DNA of 64,000 bases from Escherichia coli (GTDB taxonomy: Bacteria > Pseudomonadota > Gammaproteobacteria > Enterobacterales > Enterobacteriaceae). The position numbers were made by a program, and so were the translations under genes. This document shows positions 1 to 11,827 of the stretch, one piece after another (within the stretch, counting starts at the first letter, position 1; each line of letters begins with the position of its first letter). The DNA lies in NCBI RefSeq assembly GCF_046105845.1, contig NZ_CP151004.1. The stretch is one strand, 5' to 3'. The notes under the pieces are model-generated. The model did not search any database and was not told the origin of the DNA. It worked only from the letters and a program-made list of their open reading frames with translations.

Positions 1-1
1 G

Positions 2-1024
2 GAGCAGTTCAAAAAGGATTACATCAGTCAGGAAGGGCGCGTCATTGACCCAAGTGACGCGCGTAAAATCACCACTTCCGAAGGGCAAAGTTACGGCATG
101 TTCTTTGCCCTGGCGGCTAACGACCGTGCAGCTTTCGATAATATTCTCGACTGGACGCAGAACAATCTCGCTCAGGGTTCTTTAAAAGAACGTTTGCCCG
201 CATGGCTGTGGGGCAAGAAAGAGAACAGTAAGTGGGAAGTGCTGGACAGCAATTCGGCCTCCGATGGTGATGTCTGGATGGCCTGGTCGTTGCTGGAGGC
301 GGGGCGTTTGTGGAAAGAGCAGCGTTATACCGACATCGGCAGCGCGTTGTTAAAACGTATTGCGCGGGAGGAAGTGGTGACGGTGCCTGGGCTGGGTTCC
401 ATGTTGTTGCCGGGCAAAGTGGGATTTGCAGAGGATAACAGCTGGCGTTTTAACCCCAGCTACCTGCCGCCGACGCTGGCGCAGTATTTCACCCGCTTTG
501 GCGCGCCGTGGACTACGCTGCGCGAAACCAATCAACGTTTATTGCTGGAAACCGCCCCGAAAGGCTTTTCGCCAGACTGGGTGCGCTATGAGAAAGACAA
601 AGGCTGGCAGCTAAAAGCCGAAAAAACATTGATCAGCAGCTACGACGCGATCCGCGTTTACATGTGGGTAGGCATGATGCCTGACAGCGATCCGCAAAAA
701 GCGCGGATGCTCAACCGGTTTAAACCGATGGCGACATTCACCGAGAAAAACGGCTATCCGCCAGAAAAAGTGGATGTGGCTACGGGGAAAGCGCAGGGTA
801 AAGGACCGGTCGGTTTTTCTGCCGCCATGCTGCCCTTTTTACAAAACCGCGATGCGCAGGCCGTTCAGCGCCAGCGCGTGGCCGATAACTTTCCCGGCAG
901 CGATGCCTATTACAACTATGTGCTGACCCTGTTTGGACAAGGCTGGGATCAACACCGTTTCCGCTTCTCGACAAAAGGTGAGTTATTACCTGACTGGGGC
1001 CAGGAATGCGCAAATTCACACTAA
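2..1024 (+). CDS. bcsZ: Endo-1,4-beta-glucanase BcsZ (cellulose synthase operon), 5'-truncated at window edge
   Basis: ORF 98..1024 stays open in frame back to position 2; translation ([21 protein letters not shown]...) looks like a family-8 glycoside hydrolase; its 3' end overlaps the bcsC start. Confidence 0.9.
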   Translation, partial: EQFKKDYISQEGRVIDPSDARKITTSEGQSYGMFFALAANDRAAFDNILDWTQNNLAQGSLKERLPAWLWGKKENSKWEVLDSNSASDGDVWMAWSLLEAGRLWKEQRYTDIGSALLKRIAREEVVTVPGLGSMLLPGKVGFAEDNSWRFNPSYLPPTLAQYFTRFGAPWTTLRETNQRLLLETAPKGFSPDWVRYEKDKGWQLKAEKTLISSYDAIRVYMWVGMMPDSDPQKARMLNRFKPMATFTEKNGYPPEKVDVATGKAQGKGPVGFSAAMLPFLQNRDAQAVQRQRVADNFPGSDAYYNYVLTLFGQGWDQHRFRFSTKGELLPDWGQECANSH

Positions 1025-4000
1025 ACATATTCACGCTTTCTCTCGGTCTGGCCGTCATGCCGATGGTCGAGGCAGCACCAACCGCTCAGCAACAGTTGCT
1101 GGAGCAAGTTCGGTTAGGCGAAGCGACCCATCGTGAAGACCTGGTGCAACAGTCGTTGTATCGTCTGGAACTTATTGATCCGAATAACCCGGACGTCGTT
1201 GCCGCCCGTTTCCGTTCTCTGTTACGTCAGGGCGATATTGATGGCGCGCAAAAACAGCTCGATCGGCTGTCGCAGTTAGCGCCGAGTTCAAATGCGTATA
1301 AATCGTCGCGGACCACAATGTTGCTTTCCACGCCGGATGGTCGTCAGGCACTGCAACAGGCAAGATTGCAGGCGACGACTGGTCATGCAGAAGAAGCTGT
1401 GGCGAGTTACAACAAACTGTTCAACGGTGCGCCGCCGGAAGGTGACATTGCCGTCGAGTACTGGAGTACGGTGGCGAAAATTCCGGCTCGCCGTGGCGAA
1501 GCGATTAATCAGCTAAAACGCATTAATGCGGATACGCCGGGCAATACGGGCCTGCAAAACAATCTGGCGCTATTGCTGTTTAGTAGCGATCGCCGTGACG
1601 AAGGCTTTGCCGTCCTGGAGCAGATGGCGAAATCGAACGCCGGGCGCGAAGGAGCCTCTAAAATCTGGTACGGGCAGATTAAAGATATGCCCGTCAGCGA
1701 TGCCAGTGTGTCGGCGCTGAAAAAATATCTCTCGATCTTTAGTGATGGCGATAGCGTAGCTGCGGCGCAATCGCAACTGGCAGAACAGCAAAAACAGCTG
1801 GCCGACCCTGCTTTCCGCGCTCGTGCGCAAGGTTTAGCGGCGGTGGACTCTGGTATGGCGGGTAAAGCCATTCCCGAACTACAACAGGCGGTGCGGGCGA
1901 ACCCGAAAGACAGTGAGGCACTGGGGGCGCTGGGCCAGGCGTATTCTCAGAAAGGCGATCGCGCCAATGCGGTGGCGAATCTGGAAAAAGCCCTCGCCCT
2001 GGATCCGCACAGCAGCAACAACGACAAATGGAACAGTCTCCTGAAAGTAAACCGCTACTGGCTGGCGATCCAGCAGGGCGATGCTGCGCTGAAAGCCAAT
2101 AATCCTGACCGGGCAGAACGCCTGTTCCAGCAGGCGCGCAATGTCGATAACACCGACAGCTATGCAGTGCTGGGGCTGGGTGATGTGGCGATGGCGCGCA
2201 AAGATTACCCTGCAGCCGGACGTTATTATCAGCAGACGCTACGGATGGACAGTAGCAACACTAACGCCGTGCGCGGTCTGGCGAATCTTTATCGCCAGCA
2301 ATCGCCGGAAAAAGCCGAAGCGTTTATCGCCTCGCTCTCTGCCAGCCAGCGGCGCAGCATTGATGATATCGAACGCAGCCTGCAAAATGACCGTTTGTCA
2401 CAGCAGGCAGAGGCACTGGAAAAACAGGGCAAATGGGCGCAGGCAGCAGCACTTCAGCGCCAGCGACTGGCGCTGGACCCCGGCAGTGTATGGATTACTT
2501 ACCGACTTTCACAGGATCTCTGGCAGGCCGGACAACGCAGCCAGGCCGATACGTTAATGCGTAATCTGGCGCAGCAGAAGCCGAACGACCCGGAGCAGGT
2601 TTACGCTTACGGGCTGTATCTCTCTGGCCATGACCAGGACAGAGCGGCGCTGGCGCATATCAACAGCCTGCCGCGCGCGCAGTGGAACAGCAATATTCAG
2701 GAGCTGGTTAATCGACTGCAAAGCGATCAGGTACTGGAAACCGCTAATCGCCTGCGAGAAAGCGGCAAAGAAGCTGAAGCGGAAGCGATGCTGCGCCAGC
2801 AACCACCTTCCACGCGCATAGACCTCACGCTGGCTGACTGGGCGCAACAACGACGTGATTACACCGCCGCCCGCACTGCATATCAGAATGTCCTGACGCG
2901 GGAGCCAGCTAACGCCGATGCCATTCTTGGTCTGACGGAAGTGGATATTGCTGCCGGTGACAAAGCGGCGGCACGTAGCCAGCTGGCGAAGCTGCCTGCC
3001 ACCAATAACGCCTCGCTGAACACTCAGCGGCGCGTGGCGCTGGCACAGGCGCAGCTTGGCGATACCGCAGCGGCGCAGCAGACGTTTAATAAGTTGATCC
3101 CGCAGGCAAAATCTCAGCCACCGTCGATGGAAAGCGCGATGGTGCTGCGCGACGGTGCGAAGTTTGAAGCGCAGGCGGGCGATCCAACGCAGGCGCTGGA
3201 AACCTACAAAGACGCCATGGTTGCATCCGGTGTGACCACGATGCGTCCACAGGATAACGACACCTTTACCCGACTGACCCGCAATGACGAGAAAGATGAC
3301 TGGCTGAAACGCGGCGTGCGCAGCGATGCGGCGGACCTCTATCGTCAGCAGGATCTTAACGTCACCCTCGAGCACGATTACTGGGGTTCGAGCGGCACCG
3401 GTGGTTACTCCGATCTGAAAGCGCACACCACCATGTTGCAGGTGGATGCGCCGTACTCTGACGGGCGGATGTTCTTTCGCAGTGATTTCGTCAATATGAA
3501 CGTCGGCAGTTTCTCCACTAATGCCGATGGCAAATGGGATGACAACTGGGGCACCTGTACATTACAGGACTGTAGCGGCAACCGCAGCCAGTCGGATTCC
3601 GGTGCCAGCGTGGCGGTCGGTTGGCGAAATGACGTCTGGAGCTGGGATATCGGCACCACGCCGATGGGCTTCAACGTGGTGGATGTGGTCGGCGGCATCA
3701 GTTACAGCGATGATATCGGGCCGCTGGGTTACACCGTTAACGCCCATCGTCGGCCCATCTCCAGTTCTTTGCTGGCCTTTGGTGGGCAAAAAGACTCTCC
3801 GAGCAATACCGGGAAAAAATGGGGCGGCGTGCGTGCCGACGGCGTGGGGCTAAGCCTGAGCTACGATAAAGGTGAAGCAAACGGCGTCTGGGCATCGCTT
3901 AGCGGTGACCAGTTAACCGGTAAAAATGTCGAAGATAACTGGCGCGTGCGCTGGATGACGGGCTATTACTATAAGATCATCAACCAGAATAATCGCCGTG

Positions 4001-4479
4001 TGACCATTGGTCTTAACAATATGATCTGGCATTACGACAAAGACCTGAGTGGCTACTCACTCGGTCAGGGCGGTTACTACAGCCCGCAGGAATACCTGTC
4101 GTTTGCCATACCGGTGATGTGGCGGGAGCGCACGGAAAACTGGTCGTGGGAGCTGGGGGCGTCTGGCTCGTGGTCGCATTCACGCACCAAAACCATGCCG
4201 CGTTATCCGCTGATGAATCTGATCCCGACCGACTGGCAGGAAGAAGCTGCGCGGCAATCGAACGATGGCGGCAGCAGTCAGGGCTTTGGCTACACGGCGC
4301 GGGCATTACTTGAACGACGTGTTACTTCCAACTGGTTTGTCGGCACGGCAATTGATATCCAGCAGGCGAAAGATTACGCACCCAGCCATTTCCTGCTCTA
4401 CGTACGTTATTCCGCCGCCGGATGGCAGGGTGACATGGATTTACCGCCGCAGCCGCTGATACCTTACGCCGACTGGTAA
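1006..4479 (+). CDS. bcsC: Cellulose synthase outer-membrane subunit BcsC (TPR-repeat N-terminal region, C-terminal beta-barrel)
   Basis: 1157-aa ORF with N-terminal signal-like segment, long Ala/Leu/Gln-rich TPR-like region and Trp/Tyr/Gly-rich C-terminal barrel region; follows bcsZ with overlap. Confidence 0.95.
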   Translation: MRKFTLNIFTLSLGLAVMPMVEAAPTAQQQLLEQVRLGEATHREDLVQQSLYRLELIDPNNPDVVAARFRSLLRQGDIDGAQKQLDRLSQLAPSSNAYKSSRTTMLLSTPDGRQALQQARLQATTGHAEEAVASYNKLFNGAPPEGDIAVEYWSTVAKIPARRGEAINQLKRINADTPGNTGLQNNLALLLFSSDRRDEGFAVLEQMAKSNAGREGASKIWYGQIKDMPVSDASVSALKKYLSIFSDGDSVAAAQSQLAEQQKQLADPAFRARAQGLAAVDSGMAGKAIPELQQAVRANPKDSEALGALGQAYSQKGDRANAVANLEKALALDPHSSNNDKWNSLLKVNRYWLAIQQGDAALKANNPDRAERLFQQARNVDNTDSYAVLGLGDVAMARKDYPAAGRYYQQTLRMDSSNTNAVRGLANLYRQQSPEKAEAFIASLSASQRRSIDDIERSLQNDRLSQQAEALEKQGKWAQAAALQRQRLALDPGSVWITYRLSQDLWQAGQRSQADTLMRNLAQQKPNDPEQVYAYGLYLSGHDQDRAALAHINSLPRAQWNSNIQELVNRLQSDQVLETANRLRESGKEAEAEAMLRQQPPSTRIDLTLADWAQQRRDYTAARTAYQNVLTREPANADAILGLTEVDIAAGDKAAARSQLAKLPATNNASLNTQRRVALAQAQLGDTAAAQQTFNKLIPQAKSQPPSMESAMVLRDGAKFEAQAGDPTQALETYKDAMVASGVTTMRPQDNDTFTRLTRNDEKDDWLKRGVRSDAADLYRQQDLNVTLEHDYWGSSGTGGYSDLKAHTTMLQVDAPYSDGRMFFRSDFVNMNVGSFSTNADGKWDDNWGTCTLQDCSGNRSQSDSGASVAVGWRNDVWSWDIGTTPMGFNVVDVVGGISYSDDIGPLGYTVNAHRRPISSSLLAFGGQKDSPSNTGKKWGGVRADGVGLSLSYDKGEANGVWASLSGDQLTGKNVEDNWRVRWMTGYYYKIINQNNRRVTIGLNNMIWHYDKDLSGYSLGQGGYYSPQEYLSFAIPVMWRERTENWSWELGASGSWSHSRTKTMPRYPLMNLIPTDWQEEAARQSNDGGSSQGFGYTARALLERRVTSNWFVGTAIDIQQAKDYAPSHFLLYVRYSAAGWQGDMDLPPQPLIPYADW

Positions 4480-4560
4480 GTTTTCAGATAGCGCCTCTCT
4501 TAATGCCGCTGCGATCGGGTATACTCGGGCGGCAATCTGGGATTTCCGGGGGGAGACAAT

Positions 4561-6549
4561 TTGCGCGTAAGTCGCTCGTTAACAATCAAGCAGATGGCAA
4601 TGGTGGCAGCCGTTGTCCTGGTGTTCGTTTTTATTTTTTGCACCGTTTTGCTGTTCCATCTGGTCCAGCAGAATCGCTATAACACGGCTACGCAACTGGA
4701 AAGCATTGCTCGCTCTGTCCGCGAACCCTTATCTTCAGCTATTTTGAAAGGCGATATTCCCGAAGCGGAAGCTATTCTTGCCAGCATTAAACCGGCAGGC
4801 GTGGTCAGCCGTGCCGATGTAGTGCTGCCTAACCAGTTCCAGGCGCTGCGTAAAAGTTTTATTCCAGAGCGTCCGGTGCCGGTAATGGTTACTCGCATGT
4901 TTGAGCTACCGGTTCAAATCTCGCTGGGTGTCTACTCGCTCGAACGTCCGGCAAATCCGCAGCCAATTGCCTATCTGGTGCTACAGGCGGATTCCTTCCG
5001 CATGTATAAGTTCGTGATGAGCACCCTCTCAACGTTAGTGACCATTTACTTACTTTTGTCGTTAATATTGACGGTGGCGATTAGCTGGTGCATTAACCGC
5101 CTGATTTTGCATCCGTTACGCAATATTGCTCGCGAACTTAACGCCATCCCTGCCCAGGAGCTTGTTGGTCACCAACTGGCATTACCACGTCTGCATCAGG
5201 ACGATGAAATCGGTATGCTGGTGCGCAGTTACAACCTCAACCAGCAATTGCTGCAGCGCCATTATGAAGAACAGAACGAAAACGCGATGCGCTTCCCGGT
5301 GTCGGATTTGCCGAACAAAGCCTTGCTGATGGAGATGCTGGAGCAGGTTGTCGCGCGTAAACAAACCACCGCGCTGATGATCATCACCTGTGAAACCCTG
5401 CGTGATACTGCGGGCGTGCTGAAAGAGGCGCAACGAGAAATTCTGCTGCTGACGCTGGTGGAAAAACTCAAATCGGTACTGTCGCCACGTATGATCCTCG
5501 CGCAGATTAGTGGTTATGACTTTGCTGTCATTGCCAACGGGGTACAGGAACCGTGGCACGCAATCACTTTGGGTCAGCAAGTGCTCACTATCATGAGCGA
5601 GCGCCTGCCGATTGAACGTATTCAACTCCGTCCGCACTGTAGCATTGGCGTGGAGATGTTCTACGGCGATCTCACCGCCGAACAGCTTTACAGTCGCGCT
5701 ATTTCTGCGGCATTTACCGCTCGCCATAAAGGCAAGAATCAGATTCAGTTCTTTGATCCGCAGCAGATGGAAGCCGCCCAACAGCGGTTGACGGAAGAGA
5801 GCGATATCCTTAATGCACTGGAAAATCATCAGTTTGCGATTTGGTTACAGCCACAGGTCGAGATGACCAGCGGTAAACTGGTCAGTGCAGAAGTGTTACT
5901 GCGTATCCAGCAACCGGATGGCAGTTGGGATCTGCCGGATGGCTTAATCGATCGCATTGAGTGCTGTGGGCTGATGGTTACCGTCGGTCACTGGGTGCTG
6001 GAAGAGTCCTGTCGATTGCTTGCTGCCTGGCAAGAGCGCGGCATTATGCTGCCCTTGTCGGTAAACCTCTCAGCGCTGCAACTGATGCATCCAAATATGG
6101 TGGCGGATATGCTGGAACTGTTAACCCGCTATCGCATTCAGCCGGGAACACTGATTCTGGAAGTGACAGAAAGCCGACGTATTGACGACCCTCATGCTGC
6201 GGTGGCAATCCTCCGTCCGTTGCGTAATGCCGGAGTTCGGGTGGCGCTGGATGATTTCGGCATGGGCTATGCGGGGCTGCGTCAGCTGCAGCATATGAAA
6301 TCGTTGCCAATCGACGTACTGAAAATCGACAAAATGTTTGTTGAAGGTTTGCCGGAAGATAGCAGCATGATTGCTGCAATTATCATGCTGGCGCAGAGCC
6401 TGAACTTACAAATGATTGCCGAAGGCGTGGAGACTGAAGCACAACGCGACTGGCTGGCAAAAGCGGGCGTTGGTATTGCCCAGGGCTTCCTTTTTGCTCG
6501 CCCACTCCCTATTGAAATCTTCGAAGAGAGTTACCTGGAAGAAAAGTAG
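4561..6549 (+). CDS. pdeK: Membrane c-di-GMP phosphodiesterase PdeK (YhjK); degenerate GGDEF (SGYDF) plus EAL (EVL) domain
   Basis: 662-aa ORF from a TTG start (alternative ATG at 4594); N-terminal TM segments, SGYDF in place of GGDEF, EVLLR EAL motif. Confidence 0.88.
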   Translation: MRVSRSLTIKQMAMVAAVVLVFVFIFCTVLLFHLVQQNRYNTATQLESIARSVREPLSSAILKGDIPEAEAILASIKPAGVVSRADVVLPNQFQALRKSFIPERPVPVMVTRMFELPVQISLGVYSLERPANPQPIAYLVLQADSFRMYKFVMSTLSTLVTIYLLLSLILTVAISWCINRLILHPLRNIARELNAIPAQELVGHQLALPRLHQDDEIGMLVRSYNLNQQLLQRHYEEQNENAMRFPVSDLPNKALLMEMLEQVVARKQTTALMIITCETLRDTAGVLKEAQREILLLTLVEKLKSVLSPRMILAQISGYDFAVIANGVQEPWHAITLGQQVLTIMSERLPIERIQLRPHCSIGVEMFYGDLTAEQLYSRAISAAFTARHKGKNQIQFFDPQQMEAAQQRLTEESDILNALENHQFAIWLQPQVEMTSGKLVSAEVLLRIQQPDGSWDLPDGLIDRIECCGLMVTVGHWVLEESCRLLAAWQERGIMLPLSVNLSALQLMHPNMVADMLELLTRYRIQPGTLILEVTESRRIDDPHAAVAILRPLRNAGVRVALDDFGMGYAGLRQLQHMKSLPIDVLKIDKMFVEGLPEDSSMIAAIIMLAQSLNLQMIAEGVETEAQRDWLAKAGVGIAQGFLFARPLPIEIFEESYLEEK

Positions 6550-6695
6550 CTACCCCAAACTGATTACAAAACTTTAAAAAGTGCTGGTTTGTGCGAGCCA
6601 GCTCAAACTTTTTAACCTTTTTGTTTCAATTATGATCCAGGTACATTTCTGTGATGTTGTCTGGGTGTTATTTTAAGGCCGCAGGTACCCCATAA

Positions 6696-8018
<1,323 letters not shown>

Positions 8019-8032
8019 TCTCACCACTTATG

Positions 8033-8064
8033 CCCGCACTCCCTTCCCCGAGTGCGGGTGTTTG
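8033..8064 (+). terminator. Rho-independent terminator downstream of dctA
   Basis: GC stem cccgcactc / gagtgcggg followed by tgtttg, immediately after the dctA stop. Confidence 0.6.
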
Positions 8065-8237
8065 CGCATAATTGACCCCTGTGCCTGAACTTACCACCTG
8101 GGTGAGTTCAGGTTTATTTCACTTCTTCCGTGACATTTTCATGTTCTTGCGGTCTAACACGAAGTGTTTTTAACGTCATTTAGACTGACCGACAACGGGC
8201 AGTTTTTTATTACCAGGATAGTTGATCAGGGGTTCAC

Positions 8238-9734
8238 ATGCAGGGCACAAAAATTCGACTTTTAGCGGGCGGTTTGCTGATGATGGCCACTGCTGGCTAT
8301 GTGCAGGCAGATGCGCTCCAGCCTGATCCAGCATGGCAACAGGGGACGCTTTCCAACGGTTTACAGTGGCAAGTGCTGACCACGCCCCAGCGTCCCAGCG
8401 ATCGTGTTGAAATTCGCCTGCTGGTTAATACCGGTTCGCTCGCCGAAAGTACACAACAGAGCGGTTACAGCCACGCCATCCCTCGTATTGCGTTAACGCA
8501 AAGCGGTGGCCTTGAAGCAGCACAGGCGCGTTCATTGTGGCAGCAGGGGATCGACCCTAAACGCCCGATGCCGCCGGTAATTGTCTCTTATGACACCACG
8601 CTGTTTAATCTGAGTTTGCCCAATAACCGTAACGACTTGCTGAAAGAAGCGCTCTCTTATCTGGCAAATGCCACTGGCAAACTGACTATCACGCCAGAAA
8701 CCATCAACCACGCGCTGCAAAGTCAGGACATGGTGGCAACCTGGCCTGCCGATACTAAAGAGGGCTGGTGGCGCTATCGTCTGAAAGGATCAACCTTGTT
8801 AGGTCACGATCCTGCCGATCCGCTGAAACAACCCGTTGAAGCGGAAAAGATTAAAGATTTCTATCAGAAATGGTACACCCCGGATGCAATGACGCTGCTG
8901 GTGGTGGGAAACGTGGATGCGCGCTCGGTCGTCGACCAAATCAATAAAACGTTTGGCGAACTGAAAGGCAAACGTGAAACACCGGCTCCGGTGCCGACGC
9001 TTTCTCCGCTGCGTGCGGAAGCGGTGAGTATTATGACTGACGCGGTGCGTCAGGACCGGTTATCAATCATGTGGGATACGCCGTGGCAGCCGATTCGTGA
9101 ATCAGCCGCACTGCTGCGCTACTGGCGTGCGGACCTGGCCCGTGAGGCGCTGTTCTGGCATGTTCAGCAAGCGTTAAGCGCCAGTAACAGCAAAGATATC
9201 GGTCTTGGATTTGACTGTCGTGTGCTGTATCTGCGTGCGCAGTGTGCCATTAACATCGAATCACCAAACGACAAGCTGAGCAGCAACCTTAATCTGGTGG
9301 CGCGTGAACTGGCGAAGGTTCGCGATAAAGGTCTGCCGGAAGAAGAGTTCAATGCGTTAGTGGCGCAAAAGAAACTGGAGCTGCAGAAACTGTTTGCCGC
9401 CTATGCGCGAGCTGATACCGATATTCTGATGGGGCAGCGGATGCGTTCGTTGCAAAATCAGGTCGTCGATATCGCGCCGGAGCAATATCAGAAACTGCGT
9501 CAGGATTTCCTTAACAGCCTGACGGTGGAGATGTTAAATCAGGATCTGCGTCAGCAGTTGTCGAATGATATGGCGTTAATACTGCTGCAGCCGAAAGGCG
9601 AGCCGGAATTTAACATGAAAGCGTTGCAGGCGGCCTGGGATCAAATCATGACCCCATCTACTGCCGCTGCGACCACCTCTGTCGCCACGGATGACGTTCA
9701 TCCTGAAGTGACGGATATTCCACCCGCACAGTAA
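8238..9734 (+). CDS. yhjJ: Periplasmic M16-family (insulinase-like) zinc protease homologue YhjJ
   Basis: 498-aa ORF with signal peptide (MQGTKIRLLAGGLLMMATAGYVQA); K-12 yhjJ position between dctA and kdgK. Confidence 0.88.
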   Translation: MQGTKIRLLAGGLLMMATAGYVQADALQPDPAWQQGTLSNGLQWQVLTTPQRPSDRVEIRLLVNTGSLAESTQQSGYSHAIPRIALTQSGGLEAAQARSLWQQGIDPKRPMPPVIVSYDTTLFNLSLPNNRNDLLKEALSYLANATGKLTITPETINHALQSQDMVATWPADTKEGWWRYRLKGSTLLGHDPADPLKQPVEAEKIKDFYQKWYTPDAMTLLVVGNVDARSVVDQINKTFGELKGKRETPAPVPTLSPLRAEAVSIMTDAVRQDRLSIMWDTPWQPIRESAALLRYWRADLAREALFWHVQQALSASNSKDIGLGFDCRVLYLRAQCAINIESPNDKLSSNLNLVARELAKVRDKGLPEEEFNALVAQKKLELQKLFAAYARADTDILMGQRMRSLQNQVVDIAPEQYQKLRQDFLNSLTVEMLNQDLRQQLSNDMALILLQPKGEPEFNMKALQAAWDQIMTPSTAAATTSVATDDVHPEVTDIPPAQ

Positions 9735-9781
9735 TGTCTGATGGTGATGAGTTAGCACAACCATCAGGTATTTATGGATGA

Positions 9782-9817
9782 GCTGGATAGAGGGGTAACA
9801 CTTTATCCAGCCTTTTG
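9782..9817 (+). terminator. Hairpin plus T-tract between convergent yhjJ and kdgK
   Basis: gctggata...tatccagc stem followed by cttttg; a second hairpin (ctgatggt...accatcag) lies at about 9738..9767. Confidence 0.4.
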
Positions 9818-9829
9818 CATATGCTGCTT

Positions 9830-10759
9830 TTACGCCGGCATCGCCTCACGCGGGATAATCGCGCCGCGATACTGAATAACGGTACTTGCGGTCAGGTGCC
9901 CGCGTTTCGCCGCATTTTCCGCACTGCCGCCCGTCAAACGTACCGCCAGATAACCGGCACTGAAAGAGTCGCCAGCTGCGGTGGTATCGATCACTTTTTC
10001 TTTCGGCAGTTTCACCGCCGGAACATCCACTAACCCTTCGCCAGCAATGGACACCAGGCAAGAATCCGCCCCGCGTTTCACCACCACTTCTTTCACGCCC
10101 GCGTTATGGGTACGTGCAATGACGTCTTCCACCGGCTGTTGACCCCACAGAGCGTCTTCATCGTCCAGCGTCAGGAAGGCGATATCCGTGCATTCCAGCA
10201 TTTGCTGGTACACCTGCTGTGTCTCTTCTTTGCTGGCCCACAGGCGCGGACGATAGTTATTGTCGAAAATTACTTTTCCGCCGTTGGCGCGGCATTCGCG
10301 CAACAAAGAAAGCAGTTTCTCGCGGCTGGTCGGGCTTAAGATCGCCAGGCTAATCCCGCTCAGGTAGAGATAATCGAAATTCGCCAGCTCTTCGCAAATC
10401 GCCGCAGATTGCTCGCTCTCCAGCCAGAATTTGGCGGCGGCTTCGTTACGCCAGTAGTAGAACGTACGTTCGCCGGTGCTGTCGGTTTCAATGTAGTAAA
10501 GGCCCGGCAGACGGTTTTCCATCCGTTGGGTCAGGGAAGTATCAACGTTCTCGCCGTGCCAGGCGTCCAGCATCTGCTGGCTAAAACTGTCCGTTCCCAG
10601 CGCCGTTACGTAATGAACGGTTAATTCCGCAGGATCGACCTGACGGGCGATATAGACGGAAGTGTTCAGGGTATCGCCGCCGAAACCGCGCTTAACGTCC
10701 GCGCCTTTCTCGGAAAGCTCAATCATGCATTCGCCAATCACGGCAATCTTTTTGGACAT
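9830..10759 (-). CDS. kdgK: 2-dehydro-3-deoxygluconokinase KdgK
   Basis: PfkB-family sugar kinase sequence beginning MSKKIAVIGECMIEL at internal Met 117 of the 425-aa ORF; the upstream 116 codons run through the promoter region and are not counted. Confidence 0.92.
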   Translation of the reverse strand: MSKKIAVIGECMIELSEKGADVKRGFGGDTLNTSVYIARQVDPAELTVHYVTALGTDSFSQQMLDAWHGENVDTSLTQRMENRLPGLYYIETDSTGERTFYYWRNEAAAKFWLESEQSAAICEELANFDYLYLSGISLAILSPTSREKLLSLLRECRANGGKVIFDNNYRPRLWASKEETQQVYQQMLECTDIAFLTLDDEDALWGQQPVEDVIARTHNAGVKEVVVKRGADSCLVSIAGEGLVDVPAVKLPKEKVIDTTAAGDSFSAGYLAVRLTGGSAENAAKRGHLTASTVIQYRGAIIPREAMPA

Positions 10760-10827
10760 AGTCGTGAACCTGATCTGTAAAAAATTAGCGTTAGTTTGCG
10801 CTGTGGTGGTTTGCTGGTCAACCATAT

Positions 10828-10845
10828 TAAAACAGTGTTCCATTA
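10828..10845. promoter_or_regulatory. Candidate KdgR operator in the kdgK-pdeH divergent region
   Basis: taaaacagtgttccatta matches about 14 of 18 positions of the KdgR half-palindrome consensus as recalled (tgaaacattgtttcattt); about 70 bp upstream of the kdgK start. Confidence 0.3.
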
Positions 10846-10990
10846 TTTTTTTGAGCCAGAACGTATTCCTGAAAGATTCCGTTGTGGAGTGGGGAAATTT
10901 ACCCCGGCCAGGCGGTAAAGTTCTGCCCTTGCGCGCCGATAATCTTTGTCGAGTCCGGGCAGCATCACTTTTAAACACAGGACATCTTTG

Positions 10991-11758
10991 ATGATAAGGC
11001 AGGTTATCCAGCGAATAAGCAACCCTGAAGCAAGCATCGAGAGCTTGCAGGAACGGCGTTTTTGGTTGCAGTGTGAGCGTGCTTACACCTGGCAGCCGAT
11101 CTATCAAACATGCGGACGGTTAATGGCCGTGGAGCTATTAACGGTGGTCACACATCCCTTGACCCCTTCGCAACGCCTGCCGCCGGATCGCTATTTTACT
11201 GAAATCACCGTCAGCCATCGGATGGAGGTTGTGAAAGAGCAGATTGATTTGCTGGCGCAAAAAGCCGACTTCTTTATAGAGCACGGCCTGCTGGCATCGG
11301 TCAATATTGATGGCCCTACGCTCATCGCCCTGCGTCAGCAACCAAAAATCCTGCGCCAGATTGAGCGTCTTCCCTGGCTGCGTTTCGAACTGGTGGAGCA
11401 TATCCGTCTGCCGAAAGATTCAACCTTTGCCTCGATGTGTGAATTTGGCCCGCTGTGGCTGGATGATTTTGGTACCGGGATGGCAAATTTCTCTGCACTA
11501 AGTGAAGTGCGTTATGACTACATCAAAATCGCGCGAGAACTGTTTGTGATGCTGCGTCAGTCGCCGGAAGGCCGCACGCTCTTTTCTCAGCTTTTACATC
11601 TCATGAATCGCTATTGTCGCGGGGTGATTGTCGAGGGCGTAGAAACGCCGGAAGAGTGGCGTGATGTTCAGAACTCGCCCGCATTCGCCGCACAAGGCTG
11701 GTTTCTTTCACGCCCGGCACCGATAGAAACGCTGAATACGGCGGTTTTGGCGCTATAA
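10991..11758 (+). CDS. pdeH: EAL-only c-di-GMP phosphodiesterase PdeH (YhjH)
   Basis: 255-aa ORF from internal ATG (MIRQVIQRIS...), ELL EAL-type motif, no GGDEF domain. Confidence 0.92.
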   Translation: MIRQVIQRISNPEASIESLQERRFWLQCERAYTWQPIYQTCGRLMAVELLTVVTHPLTPSQRLPPDRYFTEITVSHRMEVVKEQIDLLAQKADFFIEHGLLASVNIDGPTLIALRQQPKILRQIERLPWLRFELVEHIRLPKDSTFASMCEFGPLWLDDFGTGMANFSALSEVRYDYIKIARELFVMLRQSPEGRTLFSQLLHLMNRYCRGVIVEGVETPEEWRDVQNSPAFAAQGWFLSRPAPIETLNTAVLAL

Positions 11759-11827
11759 GCTGCCTCATTTTCCGCCTGGCTGGACTATCTTTAGGACTGG
11801 CACAGGAAGAATATGAGGAAGCGAACG

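Noticed and set aside
2554-3426. 290-aa minus-strand ORF inside bcsC
   Set aside because: Lies entirely antisense within a well-supported conserved gene; Arg/Leu-rich low-complexity translation typical of a GC-rich antisense frame; no SD.
5182-5829. 215-aa minus-strand ORF inside pdeK
   Set aside because: Antisense to a conserved gene with no independent start signals; spurious.
10760-11107. 116-codon N-terminal extension of the kdgK ORF (425-aa version)
   Set aside because: The extension runs through the kdgK/pdeH divergent promoter and overlaps the pdeH start; the conserved kinase sequence begins at internal Met 117.
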